A stretch of 64,000 bases of DNA from the NCBI GenBank assembly GCA_017501665.1, contig JAFVWM010000038.1, positions 3,100 to 67,099 of the forward strand, read 5' to 3'. A program made the position numbers and the translations under genes. Under the pieces are notes generated by a model that made no database searches, had not been told where the DNA came from, and worked only from the letters and a program-made list of their open reading frames with translations. Of this stretch, positions 1 through 9,796 are shown one piece after another (within the stretch, counting starts at the first letter, position 1; every line of letters begins with the position of its first letter). Source of the DNA: Alphaproteobacteria bacterium (GTDB taxonomy: Bacteria; Pseudomonadota; Alphaproteobacteria; RF32; CAG-239).

Positions 1-3000
1 GCTATGTTGGCAGTTTCGCAGACGGCTTCGGCTTTAACCAAAAATCAAGTAATTGCATTGGTTATTTCTGTTTTTATAAATCTGTTGTTTTTTCTTAGCG
101 GACTTGAATATGTTTTGGGATTTTTCAGAAATTTTGCTCCGGAATATATAATAACACTTGTTTCTTCATTCAGCTTTTTAACTCATTTGTCAACATTTAT
201 TTTGGGTGTTTTTGAACTTAACAGTCTGATATTTTTTGTTTCATTGATAGTTGTTTTTAACTTTTTTACGTTTACGATTATTAATTATAAAACGACCGGT
301 ACGGCTTTTTGGCTTGAGTCAAAATCAACGGTAGGTTATGTCAGCGCTGTAATTTTGATGCTGATTGCTTTTATCGGAATAAATTTGTTTGCAAATGGTT
401 TTTTTAAAGGCAAAAGAATAGATTTTACCGAAGAAAAATTGTTTACTTTATCAGAATCGACTAAAAGAGTACTTGAAGAACTAGACGTACCGGTATTGGT
501 CAAAGTGTATTATTCTCCGATATTAGGAGAAAGAGACGAAAGATACAGGAAATATTTTGATAATTTAAAATTGTTATTAAATACCTACGCAAATATAGGC
601 GGTGAAAAGTTTGATTATCAAATTTATAATCCGGAACCTTTAAGTGATGTTGAGGATAGAGCTCTTGCATCCGGTTTACAACCGATAGCTGTTTCTGATA
701 TAGGTGTGGCGGCATATTTCGGTTTGGTGTTCGGTAATGAAAACGGAAATACTTTGAGTATACCTTTTTTACCTTTGCAAAGAGCTAATTTATTGGAACA
801 AGATTTGACCGAAAACATATATTTGCTTGAACATAAGAAGAAAAAAGCAGGTTTGTTGACATCTTTGCCGATTTTAGGGTCATTTAACGAGGGTGTTTCT
901 GCGCAATCGTGGCAAATCGTTGATGAGATTTCAAAGTTTTACAATATAAAGAAAATAACAAAGCTGTCAGATATTAGTAGCGATCTTGATGTTTTGATTT
1001 TGGCTCATCCCAAAGAAATGACGAAAGATATGGAAGAAGCTATTTATAATTATTCTATATCCGGCGGTAAAATTTTAGCTTTTTTTGATGTTGCTCCCGA
1101 ATCTTTGTATTTGACAGGTCCGCAAAAAGAGTTGTTACATCAATCAATGTATGGAAATTTGCCTCAAAAATGGGGATTTAAATTCTTTGATAACTACGTG
1201 GTTGCTGATTTGGATTATTCTTCACAGGTATCTGTTCAGGAAGAAAATTATTCGGGAACAACGCAAGATTTGATCCAGTTTTTTGTAACAGATAAGGGCT
1301 TTTACAGCGATATTCCGGAAATGCAAAATTTGAAAAGAATGTTGATGACTTCGGCTTCTATTTTTAAGCCGTTGGAAAATTATGATCTTTACTTTATTCC
1401 ATTGATGGAAGCAAGTGAAAATTCTCAAGTATTACCGGTTGAGGCTGTTATAAACAATATTCATCCGGCAGAAATTTTAAGACATTTTAAAGCTGATAAA
1501 GTAAGAAAAGCATTAGCTGTTCATATTTTGAACAAAGATAAGACCAAGCAATTTGAAATTATTGCCGTAGGTGATTCTGATTTGTTGTACGACAGTTTTT
1601 GGACATCTTCGATTACAATAGGTAATAATAATTACAATATACCAATATTGGATAACGGCAATTTTGTTTTGAATTCATTAGATGTGTTAACAGGAGATGA
1701 TACCTTACTTGATTTAAGAGGAAAATCTCCTCGTATAAGACCTTTTGAGGATGTTGAAAAAAACAAAAAACAAATATTAGTAAAATTTAAGATAAAAGAA
1801 AAAGATATTTTTGATCAGATTGAGCAAATAAAGAAGGGGTTGACTGAAATTTATAATAAAAAAAGTTTTGAAGGTCGAGATAATTTTACCGTCGATGAAA
1901 TAGCCGTACTTAATAAAGTTAAAAGCCAACTGGAAGAAAAAAGAAAAGATCTTTATGCCATAAGATTAGAGATGAATAACAGTCTCAGAAATACAGATGC
2001 TAAGGTTAAGTTTTTTAATATTTATGCCATACCGCTTTTGATAGCATTAAGTATAATTGTGTGGAGTGTTAAAAAAATAAATTTTTGCAAGCCTGAAATG
2101 CCAAAATATAACAAACAATTCGGGTTTATGTCAGGTATTGTTTTGAGTTTTGTTTTTTTGGGAATTGCGGGTGTTTTGGTTCAACCTGAAGTGCATAAAA
2201 CAGATGTTTCAGACAGGCCTTTGTTTAAAAATTTAAATGAAAAAATAAATGACGTAAAAAGAATTGTTTTGAAGAATTCAAAAGATGAATTGGTTTTTAT
2301 AAAAAAAGGCAATTTATGGGTGTTACAAGGACATGAAAACTTTTTGGTTAAGCAAAACAGAATAAGTAATTTATTGTCAACAATTGTTCAGGCATCAGTT
2401 TATGAAAAGAAATCAGATAAAATAGAAAGTTTGGAGAGATTCGGCTTGTTACCGATTGATAATGAAAAAAGCACTGCGGTAAAAATTGTATTGGAAGATG
2501 ATAACGAGAAAGAAATAGCTTTGATGAATGTCGGAAAATATGATGTAGAACTTGGTCGTGGAGCTATAGGTGCTTATGTAAGGTTTGATGATAGCTTTCA
2601 AACTTGGTTGGTTAAGGCGTCATTTATTGATTTAAATTTGGATTATAACGGCTGGGTTTATAGTGATATGTGGAATTTACAGTTCGGTCGTTTTTCGTTG
2701 TTTGACGGAAAGCATAATGTCGATAAATTGGCCAAGTTGATGAGTATTTTACTTAATACAAAAATAAAGCATGCCGATAAAGAGAACACCCAAAATTCAA
2801 GTTTTGCATTAAACTTGAGTGGGGAAGATTTTAGTAAATTGCAAATAGATTTTTATGAGAAAAAAAACTCATTTTTGGTAAAATACAAATTTGATAAAAA
2901 TATTAAAAACGATATTTTAAGAGAGTTTGCAAAAATAACCGAAGCTAATGTTTATGAAATCAGTAAGGATGATATGGAGAAGATAAAAAATGCGACTGAG

Positions 3001-3009
3001 TCAGAGTAA
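1..3009 (+). CDS. Gld-like ABC system fusion protein: ABC-2/GldF permease C-terminal part + GldG-like periplasmic domain + DUF4340 domain; probably 5'-truncated by the window edge
   Basis: The ORF is open from the window start. SALTKNQVIA..SFLTH is a GldF-like permease segment; RIDFTEEKLFTLSESTK and DNGNFVLNSLDVLTGDDTLLDLR are GldG/ABC_transp_aux hallmarks; after a TM segment come DUF4340-like motifs (LERFGL, YVRFDDSFQTWLV). Confidence 0.75.
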   Translation, partial: AMLAVSQTASALTKNQVIALVISVFINLLFFLSGLEYVLGFFRNFAPEYIITLVSSFSFLTHLSTFILGVFELNSLIFFVSLIVVFNFFTFTIINYKTTGTAFWLESKSTVGYVSAVILMLIAFIGINLFANGFFKGKRIDFTEEKLFTLSESTKRVLEELDVPVLVKVYYSPILGERDERYRKYFDNLKLLLNTYANIGGEKFDYQIYNPEPLSDVEDRALASGLQPIAVSDIGVAAYFGLVFGNENGNTLSIPFLPLQRANLLEQDLTENIYLLEHKKKKAGLLTSLPILGSFNEGVSAQSWQIVDEISKFYNIKKITKLSDISSDLDVLILAHPKEMTKDMEEAIYNYSISGGKILAFFDVAPESLYLTGPQKELLHQSMYGNLPQKWGFKFFDNYVVADLDYSSQVSVQEENYSGTTQDLIQFFVTDKGFYSDIPEMQNLKRMLMTSASIFKPLENYDLYFIPLMEASENSQVLPVEAVINNIHPAEILRHFKADKVRKALAVHILNKDKTKQFEIIAVGDSDLLYDSFWTSSITIGNNNYNIPILDNGNFVLNSLDVLTGDDTLLDLRGKSPRIRPFEDVEKNKKQILVKFKIKEKDIFDQIEQIKKGLTEIYNKKSFEGRDNFTVDEIAVLNKVKSQLEEKRKDLYAIRLEMNNSLRNTDAKVKFFNIYAIPLLIALSIIVWSVKKINFCKPEMPKYNKQFGFMSGIVLSFVFLGIAGVLVQPEVHKTDVSDRPLFKNLNEKINDVKRIVLKNSKDELVFIKKGNLWVLQGHENFLVKQNRISNLLSTIVQASVYEKKSDKIESLERFGLLPIDNEKSTAVKIVLEDDNEKEIALMNVGKYDVELGRGAIGAYVRFDDSFQTWLVKASFIDLNLDYNGWVYSDMWNLQFGRFSLFDGKHNVDKLAKLMSILLNTKIKHADKENTQNSSFALNLSGEDFSKLQIDFYEKKNSFLVKYKFDKNIKNDILREFAKITEANVYEISKDDMEKIKNATESE

Positions 3010-3904
3010 AGCAAACAGATTAAAAAAAATAGCAGCCGTTTCATCGATTTTGTTGGCTATTTTGTTGTGTTTGTTAAAGGTTGTTGCGGTTTTTTATACA
3101 GGGTCTTTAGCTGTACTATCTTCAATGGTTGACAGTTTGTCGGATATATTAGCGTCGTTAGTAACTTTTTTTGCAGTAAAAATATCGGTGAAACCCGCAT
3201 CATATAATTATCGCTACGGTTATGGTAAAACAGAGGCTTTGAGCGCTTTGTTTCAGTCGTTGTTTGTTGCTGTGTCCGGAGTGTTTATTTTATATGACTC
3301 AATATTACGTTTTTGGAATCCTGTTGAATTAAAACAAACTGATTTCGGTTTGGCTGTTATGATATTTAGTTTGTTTGCGACAATTATATTGGTGATATTT
3401 CAGCAAACAGTTGCGAAAAAAACCAACTCTCAAGCAATTGCGGCAGATTCTTTACATTATAAGGTAGATATTTTAACAAATTTATCGATTATTGTATCGT
3501 TAGGTGTTGTTCGTATTTGGGGAATTGCGCAAGTCGATACAATTATTGCCGTTTTAATAGCAATATATCTGTTATGGAATGCTTATGATTTGGCTAAAGA
3601 TGCAGTAGGATTATTGCTTGATAGAGAACTTGATGAAAAGATAAGAAAAGATGTTTTAGATATTGTTTCAAAACATGAGATGAAGCTTAAAGCACATGAT
3701 TTAAGAACCAGAGACTTGGGCGCTTCTTATATGTTTGAATTTCATTTGGAGTTAGATGGTAATCTTAGTTTATATCAGGCTCATGAATATACAGAAGAAG
3801 TGGAAAATCTTATTAAAAAGAAGTATCCCGATGCGCAGATAATTATTCATCAAGATCCCAAAGGAATAGAAGAAGACAGATTGGATAATCGTTTAAAAAA
3901 ATAA
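2990..3904 (+). CDS. fieF: Cation diffusion facilitator family transporter (FieF/YiiP-like)
   Basis: TGSLAVLSSMVDSLSD, YGYGKTEAL, ADSLHYKVD, HDLRTR and C-terminal IIIHQDP motifs; 304 aa. Confidence 0.85.
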   Translation: MRLSQSKANRLKKIAAVSSILLAILLCLLKVVAVFYTGSLAVLSSMVDSLSDILASLVTFFAVKISVKPASYNYRYGYGKTEALSALFQSLFVAVSGVFILYDSILRFWNPVELKQTDFGLAVMIFSLFATIILVIFQQTVAKKTNSQAIAADSLHYKVDILTNLSIIVSLGVVRIWGIAQVDTIIAVLIAIYLLWNAYDLAKDAVGLLLDRELDEKIRKDVLDIVSKHEMKLKAHDLRTRDLGASYMFEFHLELDGNLSLYQAHEYTEEVENLIKKKYPDAQIIIHQDPKGIEEDRLDNRLKK

Positions 3905-3905
3905 A

Positions 3906-4340
3906 CTAAACATCCCAAGGAAAGACCAGCCATTTTTCAGGAAATTGGCGTTCGAAGATGTCGGCTTGCAGAACTCCGCGTTCTTTTGCATATACTGTCA
4001 CAAATTTGCCGGAAGGAAAGGTACGACGCATAACTTCAAATGTTTGGCCTGAATCGGAAATGTCGTCAATGATAAGTGTTTTTTCATCAATGGTACCAAC
4101 AGATTGCGGTTTGTCGACTTCGTTAAGTTTTAAGTGTTTTGAGCCGACGTAGGTGCTTATATTTATGACGGCTGAATTTCTGATACCTAATTCATATGCT
4201 ATAATTCCTGCCGGAATGAAACCGCCACGAGAAATGGCTACGATTTTATTAAATTCCTGACCGGTGGCTTTTATTTTTTTACAAAGATTTTTGACGTCTT
4301 GATGAAACTCTTCCCAACTTATGTAAATTTTGTCGTCCAT
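3906..4340 (-). CDS. gpt: Xanthine/guanine phosphoribosyltransferase-like
   Basis: ISWEEFH, IVAISRGG, PRPP-binding LIIDDISDSGQT, C-terminal WLVFPWD. Confidence 0.8.
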   Translation of the reverse strand: MDDKIYISWEEFHQDVKNLCKKIKATGQEFNKIVAISRGGFIPAGIIAYELGIRNSAVINISTYVGSKHLKLNEVDKPQSVGTIDEKTLIIDDISDSGQTFEVMRRTFPSGKFVTVYAKERGVLQADIFERQFPEKWLVFPWDV

Positions 4341-4368
4341 ATACGTTCTCTTTTTTTTGTAATGTTAA

Positions 4369-4445
4369 TGGCGTACTCGGAGGGATTCGAACCCTCAACC
4401 CTCAGCGTCGGAGGCTGATACTCTATCCGATTGAGCTACGAGTAC
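4369..4445 (-). tRNA. tRNA-Arg(CCG)
   Basis: Reverse complement GTACTCGTAGCTCAATCGGATAGAGTATCAGCCTCCGACGCTGAGGGTTGAGGGTTCGAATCCCTCCGAGTACGCCA forms a cloverleaf with anticodon CCG and encoded CCA. Confidence 0.95.
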
Positions 4446-4545
4446 ATTTTATAAAAATTATTTTATAACTAAACCAATTTGGTTAAGAATTCTACTATAT
4501 TTTGATAAAAATGCAATAAAATAAGCTTTTTAGCCAAAATTTCTC

Positions 4546-4574
4546 TTGACTATTGAGTGAATTGTATGTATTAA
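4546..4574 (+). promoter_or_regulatory. Putative sigma70 promoter of rpmB
   Basis: TTGACT-17 bp-TATTAA upstream of the rpmB RBS (AAGGA). Confidence 0.55.
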
Positions 4575-4610
4575 AAGGCAACGAGTTTTTATTAAATAAG
4601 GATAAATGTA

Positions 4611-4901
4611 ATGGCTAGAAAATGTGAAATTTCAGGTACAGGCGTTTTGAGCGGTAATAATGTTAGTCACGCTAACAATAAGACCCGTCGTCGTTTTTTA
4701 CCTAATTTGCAAGTTGTTTCTTTGTTGAGTGATGTTTTGGGTAAGGTTTTCAAATTGAAAGTTTGTTCTAAAACTTTGCGTACCATTGAACACAATGGCG
4801 GTTTGGATTCTTATCTCGAATCTACATCTAATAATAAATTGACAGACGAAGCTAAAAAAATAAAAAAAGCTATCGCAAAGAAAAAAGCTTCTGCAAAGTA
4901 A
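4611..4901 (+). CDS. rpmB: 50S ribosomal protein L28
   Basis: [29 protein letters not shown]; alphaproteobacterial long form. Confidence 0.97.
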   Translation: MARKCEISGTGVLSGNNVSHANNKTRRRFLPNLQVVSLLSDVLGKVFKLKVCSKTLRTIEHNGGLDSYLESTSNNKLTDEAKKIKKAIAKKKASAK

Positions 4902-4920
4902 TTTATAATAAATAGAATAT

Positions 4921-4954
4921 AAGTCCCATATCTGATTGATGTGGGACTTTTTTT
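4921..4954 (+). terminator. Intrinsic terminator after rpmB
   Basis: AAGTCCCATAT..ATGTGGGACTT hairpin followed by a T run. Confidence 0.75.
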
Positions 4955-4979
4955 ATCCCCATTATCCCCAATATCCACA
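4953..4979 (+). promoter_or_regulatory. Three abutting DnaA-box-like 9-mers upstream of dnaB
   Basis: TTATCCCCA, TTATCCCCA and ATATCCACA lie head to tail; each has one mismatch to TTATCCACA. Confidence 0.65.
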
Positions 4980-5078
4980 GGCTTGAAATTTTTTAAAATC
5001 AAAAGCAGTTGTATTTTGATTGAGGGTTGATATAAAAAGACTATAATTTTTTATAAGTAAAGATTTAAGGATAGTAAA

Positions 5079-6554
5079 ATGGATGAATTGAAATCAGAAC
5101 AGCTGCCAAAAAATATTGAAGCAGAACAAGCTTTGATAGGAGCTATTTTGGCTAATAATAAAACCTTTGAGAAGGTGTCGGAGTTTTTACGAGCAGAACA
5201 TTTTGCCGATCATGTTCATGCTAAAATTTTCGAAATATTATCGAATCTGATTTCAAGGGGGCATGTAGCAGATGTTATTACTCTAAAAAATTATTTTGAA
5301 CAAAGTGGTTCTTTAGATGAGGTGGGCGGATATAATTATCTTATAAAATTGGCTGATTCGGCGACTCCTTTGACTAATGCTGAGTATTATGCGCAGTTCA
5401 TTTATGATAAATATTTACGTAGAGAGTTGATTGCGACCGGTTTTGATATAGTTAACAATGCGACAAAAGAGGATTTGGATTCAGATGCTAACGAACAAAT
5501 TGAATTGGCTGAAAAAAGGTTGTTTGATTTGGCAAATCAGGGTGAAACGCAATCAGGTTTTGTTGATTTTGCAACAGCTTTGGAATCGTCTTTGAAACGC
5601 GTAGAGACTGCCTATCAAAAAGATGGTAAAATTTCCGGCGTTCCTACGGGATTGGATGCTTTAGATGCCAAAACAGGCGGGCTTAATGATTCGGATCTTA
5701 TTATTTTGGCCGGACGTCCGGCTATGGGTAAAACCGCTTTGGCAACAAATATTGCTTATAATGTGGCAGAATTTTTTGCGCATGATAAAAATACTCCGGC
5801 AAAGAATCGGGGCGTTGCTTTCTTTTCTCTAGAAATGTCGGCAGATCAGTTGGCTTCAAGAATATTGTCGACCGTTACTCAAACCAATGGTCATAAGATG
5901 AGAACAGGGGAATTGGATAATGCCGAATTTACCAGAATTGCCGCAGCAGTACGCGAGCTTGAGAGTATACCTTTATATATTGATGATACACCGGGGCTTA
6001 ATATTAATGCAATTCGTACTCGCGCAAGAAGATTGAAAAGAAATAAAGGGTTGGGGTTGATTGTTATTGATTATATTCAACTTATTAACGGAACTGGAAG
6101 TAAGAAGGGTGAAGGAAATCGTGTACAAGAATTGTCAGAAATTTCTCGTGGACTTAAAATTTTAGCTAAAGAATTACAAGTTCCGGTAATAGCTCTTTCA
6201 CAGCTTAATCGTGGAGTGGAATCCAGAGATGATAAACGTCCGTTGATGTCTGACTTGCGTGAATCGGGATCTATTGAGCAAGATGCCGATATAGTAATGT
6301 TTGTATTTAGAGAAAATTATTATATTCAAAATGAAGAGCCTAAGCAAAAATCCGGTGAAACTCCGGAACATTTACAAAAACGTATTGAAGAGTGGGAAGC
6401 AAGGGTCAGGGCTACCAAAAATATTGGAGAAGTTATTATCGGAAAACAACGTCATGGTCCCATAGGAACCGTTCAACTGTTTTGGAACGGAGATTATGCC
6501 CAGTTTGGTAATTTGGCGCGAGAAGAATATTTGCCGGAACGTATGGGAGAATAG
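5079..6554 (+). CDS. dnaB: Replicative DNA helicase
   Basis: PKNIEAEQALIG, Walker A AGRPAMGKT, FFSLEMS, LSQLNRGVESRDDKRP, DLRESGSIEQDAD. Confidence 0.97.
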   Translation: MDELKSEQLPKNIEAEQALIGAILANNKTFEKVSEFLRAEHFADHVHAKIFEILSNLISRGHVADVITLKNYFEQSGSLDEVGGYNYLIKLADSATPLTNAEYYAQFIYDKYLRRELIATGFDIVNNATKEDLDSDANEQIELAEKRLFDLANQGETQSGFVDFATALESSLKRVETAYQKDGKISGVPTGLDALDAKTGGLNDSDLIILAGRPAMGKTALATNIAYNVAEFFAHDKNTPAKNRGVAFFSLEMSADQLASRILSTVTQTNGHKMRTGELDNAEFTRIAAAVRELESIPLYIDDTPGLNINAIRTRARRLKRNKGLGLIVIDYIQLINGTGSKKGEGNRVQELSEISRGLKILAKELQVPVIALSQLNRGVESRDDKRPLMSDLRESGSIEQDADIVMFVFRENYYIQNEEPKQKSGETPEHLQKRIEEWEARVRATKNIGEVIIGKQRHGPIGTVQLFWNGDYAQFGNLAREEYLPERMGE

Positions 6555-6555
6555 G

Positions 6556-6984
6556 TTGAGTAATAAATTTTGGGCAACAAAGTCCTTTAGAGAGTTTAGC
6601 GAAGAGGAATGGGAGCAAATTTGTTGTCGTTGCGGATTGTGTTGTTTGGTAAAAGTACAAGATGAAGACGATGATGAGGTATATTATACGAGAGTTATTT
6701 GTCATTTGTTTGATTGTAAAACGAAACTTTGTAAAGAATACAAAAACAGATGCTCTTTAGTTCCCGAATGTCTGAAGGTTACATCACAAAACATTGATAA
6801 ATTAGATTGGATGCCTAAAAAGTGTGCTTATAGAATATTATATGAAACAGGGGATTTGCCTGAGTGGCACTTTTTGAAAAAATCAAACATAAATCCACCG
6901 GAATTACCTGAAAATTTGGTATATGATAATATGGTTAATGATGATAGTTTGGAAGATTATATTATTGAAGATGATAAGTTTTAG
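6556..6984 (+). CDS. YcgN/UPF0260 family cysteine-cluster protein, copy 1
   Basis: EEWEQICCRCGLCC..CKEYKNR..WMPKKCAYR..LPEWH. The likely start is TTG at 6556 after GGAG; the track start at 6496 overlaps dnaB. Confidence 0.85.
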   Translation: MSNKFWATKSFREFSEEEWEQICCRCGLCCLVKVQDEDDDEVYYTRVICHLFDCKTKLCKEYKNRCSLVPECLKVTSQNIDKLDWMPKKCAYRILYETGDLPEWHFLKKSNINPPELPENLVYDNMVNDDSLEDYIIEDDKF

Positions 6985-6992
6985 GAAGGAAT

Positions 6993-7490
6993 ATGAATAA
7001 TTGGCCGATCGAAAAATATAATCCGCAATCAAGATTTGATAATCTGGATAAGTTTGAACCTGAATTTTGGAAAAAAAAGGAATTGAAAGACTTATCTAAA
7101 GAAGAATGGGAGTTGCTTTGTGATGGTTGTGGTAAGTGCTGCTTAAATAAAATAGATATTAAAGGCAAAGTTTGTTTTACTAATGCGAAGTGTCGTTTTT
7201 TAGACGAAGAAACTTGTTTGTGCCAAATATATGAACACAGATTTGAAAAAGTTGATGATTGCAGAGATATTGATCTTAAGACGGTTATTGAAGAGCCTGA
7301 AATATTGCCTAAGACGTGTGCTTACAGATTGTTGGTTGAGGGTAAGGATTTGCCTGATTGGCATCCGTTATTGACTAAAAATGCTTCATCGATACACGAA
7401 TCGGGGCAATCTCTTAAAGGAAGAAAACTGATTTCGGAAACAGAGGTTAGAGATTATGAAAATCACATTGTTGACTGGCAAGACCTTTGA
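6993..7490 (+). CDS. YcgN/UPF0260 family cysteine-cluster protein, copy 2
   Basis: EEWELLCDGCGKCC..LPKTCAYR..LPDWHPL. Confidence 0.9.
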   Translation: MNNWPIEKYNPQSRFDNLDKFEPEFWKKKELKDLSKEEWELLCDGCGKCCLNKIDIKGKVCFTNAKCRFLDEETCLCQIYEHRFEKVDDCRDIDLKTVIEEPEILPKTCAYRLLVEGKDLPDWHPLLTKNASSIHESGQSLKGRKLISETEVRDYENHIVDWQDL

Positions 7491-8163
7491 TTTTTCAAAA
7501 GAATTTCCTTTTGATGTAAAAGTAAAAAAAACATCTGTTGCTAAAAAGTTGGTGTTGAGAATCGATACAAAAGATCATTGTGCGATTTTAAGCATTCCTA
7601 AATATTGTTTGCGAAAGCAAGCGTTAAAGTTTTTGCAAGAAAATGAGGTTTGGATTATTAATACATTGGCTAATTTACCAAAACTTTCAAATTTTGCCGA
7701 TGGTGATGAAATAAGCGTTTTTGGCAAGATTTATAAAATATGTCACGAAAACAAACATAAAGGCACCCGTTTTGAAGGTGATTTATTAAAAGTAGGCGGA
7801 GATAAAGTTTTTTTGCATCGCCGAGTAAAAGACTTTTTGAAAAAAGAAGCTGTCGACAAATTGGCTGAAATATCTATAAAAACAGCAGAAAAAATAGGTG
7901 TAAAAATTGCTTCGGTGACAGTAAAGGATACAAAATCGCGCTGGGGAAGCTGTTCGACAAAAGGAAATATAAACTATAATTGGCGAATCGTTTTAGCACC
8001 AAAAGAGGTTATTGATTATTTGGTTTGTCATGAGGTTTCTCATCTTAAACATCCTAATCACTCCACAGATTTTTGGAGCACGGTTGAAAGTTTGTGTCCG
8101 TCTTATAAAGATTCAAGAAATTGGTTAAAAACACACGGTAAAGAATTATATAAATACAACTAA
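7456..8163 (+). CDS. YgjP/DUF45 family (M48-like) zinc metalloprotein
   Basis: KDTKSRWGSCS..YNWRIVLAP..YLVCHEVSHLKHPNHS. Confidence 0.85.
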   Translation: MKITLLTGKTFDFSKEFPFDVKVKKTSVAKKLVLRIDTKDHCAILSIPKYCLRKQALKFLQENEVWIINTLANLPKLSNFADGDEISVFGKIYKICHENKHKGTRFEGDLLKVGGDKVFLHRRVKDFLKKEAVDKLAEISIKTAEKIGVKIASVTVKDTKSRWGSCSTKGNINYNWRIVLAPKEVIDYLVCHEVSHLKHPNHSTDFWSTVESLCPSYKDSRNWLKTHGKELYKYN

Positions 8164-8242
8164 TCTTAAACCGGTTATTGATTTATTAAAAAACTTTTCC
8201 TATATTTATTATCAGTGGCAACTTGAAAATAAGGAAAAATTT

Positions 8243-8962
8243 ATGCGAAACAATGTTTATTCTCAATCACAAACCAGAACCATAGATGAGGGTTTGCGCT
8301 CTTATATGCTTAAGGTATATAATTTTATGGCCGGCGGTTTGTGTCTTACAGGTGTGGCAGCATGGCTTGTGGCTAATACATCGTTGTTGGGTGTGTTCTT
8401 TAATATTACTCCTCAAGGGGCATCTTTATCCGGTTTGGGATGGTTAGCTTTGATTGCGCCACTTATTATGGTTTTTGCTTTTAGTTGGGTGGTATCATCG
8501 GGAACAGCCAAACAAGTACAAATGCTTTTTTGGAGCTATTCGTTGTTGATGGGGGTTAGTTTAACACCGGCATTTTTGTTGTATACCCAATCCAGCTTAG
8601 TCAGAGTGTTTTTGATAACCGCCGGCAGTTTTGGTGCTTTGAGTTTGTATGGTTATACAACAAAGAAAGATTTAAGCGGACTTGGTTCGTTTTTGATAAT
8701 GGGTTTATTTGGTTTAATCATAGCATCAATCGTAAATATTTTTGTAAAAAGCTCCGGTTTTGATTGGGCTTTGTCATTTATCGGTGTGGGTATTTTTGCC
8801 GGTTTGACGGCTTTTGATTCTCAAAGAATCCGTTCGATTTATTCATCTGCCGACAGTGATGAAACTCTGACCAAGAAGGCTTTGATGGGTGCGTTGAGCT
8901 TGTATTTAGATTTTATTAATCTGTTTTTATATCTGTTGCGTTTTATGGGTGATAGAAAATAA
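8243..8962 (+). CDS. Bax inhibitor-1/YccA family membrane protein
   Basis: IDEGLRSYMLKVYNFM, YGYTTKKDLS, GALSLYLDFINLF; about 7 TM segments. Confidence 0.92.
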   Translation: MRNNVYSQSQTRTIDEGLRSYMLKVYNFMAGGLCLTGVAAWLVANTSLLGVFFNITPQGASLSGLGWLALIAPLIMVFAFSWVVSSGTAKQVQMLFWSYSLLMGVSLTPAFLLYTQSSLVRVFLITAGSFGALSLYGYTTKKDLSGLGSFLIMGLFGLIIASIVNIFVKSSGFDWALSFIGVGIFAGLTAFDSQRIRSIYSSADSDETLTKKALMGALSLYLDFINLFLYLLRFMGDRK

Positions 8963-8978
8963 GAAAAATTGAGTTTGT

Positions 8979-9017
8979 AAAAAGACCGACTTGATGTACT
9001 TAAGTCGGTCTTTTTTT
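8979..9017 (+). terminator. Intrinsic terminator
   Basis: AAAAAGACCGACTT..AAGTCGGTCTTTTTTT. Confidence 0.8.
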
Positions 9018-9085
9018 GTTGCACATAAAAAGAGAATCTTTTACAATTTTTGAGATGTTTTTTTGAATACTTGGAGAAAGAAAAA

Positions 9086-9796
9086 ATGCGCAATTCGGGA
9101 AGAGAAAATAACCAGCTCAGAGACATTGAATTTGTTATCGATTTTAATCCGTATGCCGAAGGCTCTTGTTTGGTAAAATACGGGAATACACATGTTATTT
9201 GTACGGCAAGCGTCGATGAAAAAGTTCCTTCATGGTTGAAGGGACAAGAAAAAGGTTGGATAACGGCAGAATATGCCATGTTGCCTCGGTCTACACAAAC
9301 ACGTGTTCAAAGGGAAGTGAAAAAATCGTCGGGAAGAACGCAAGAAATTCAAAGACTGATAGGACGTTCTTTAAGAGCGGTGGTTGATTTGGAAAAAATG
9401 AAAGATATTTGTGTAACGATAGACTGTGATGTTTTACAAGCAGACGGAGGAACAAGAGTTGCTTCGATATCAGGTGGTTTTGTAGCTTTATATTTAGCTT
9501 TGAAAAAATTGGTTGAAGAAGAAAAAATACCGGAGAATCCGATTAGAGAATTTGTGGCAGCGGTTTCTTGTGATATTTACAATGGGCAAGCTATTTTAGA
9601 TGTTGATTATGAAGAAGATTCTAATTCTCAGGTTGATATGAATTTTATTATGACGGAAAGCGGTAAAATTGTTGAAATTCAGGGAACTGCCGAAGGAGAG
9701 CCTTTTGAAGAAAAAGAGTTTAACGAATTGATGAGATTGGGTAAAGAAGGAATTAAACATATTATTGCCAAACAAAAGGAGGCGTTGAAATGTTAA
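9086..9796 (+). CDS. rph: Ribonuclease PH
   Basis: AEGSCLVKYGNTHVIC, EYAMLPRST, GRTQEIQRLIGRSLR, DVLQADGGTR. ATG at 9086 follows GGAG. Confidence 0.95.
   Translation: MRNSGRENNQLRDIEFVIDFNPYAEGSCLVKYGNTHVICTASVDEKVPSWLKGQEKGWITAEYAMLPRSTQTRVQREVKKSSGRTQEIQRLIGRSLRAVVDLEKMKDICVTIDCDVLQADGGTRVASISGGFVALYLALKKLVEEEKIPENPIREFVAAVSCDIYNGQAILDVDYEEDSNSQVDMNFIMTESGKIVEIQGTAEGEPFEEKEFNELMRLGKEGIKHIIAKQKEALKC

Noticed and set aside
4902..5078. Chromosomal replication origin
   Set aside because: Only three DnaA boxes in a 177-bp gap, with no dnaA, hemE or parAB context; GC skew could not be computed. Kept only as a regulatory site.
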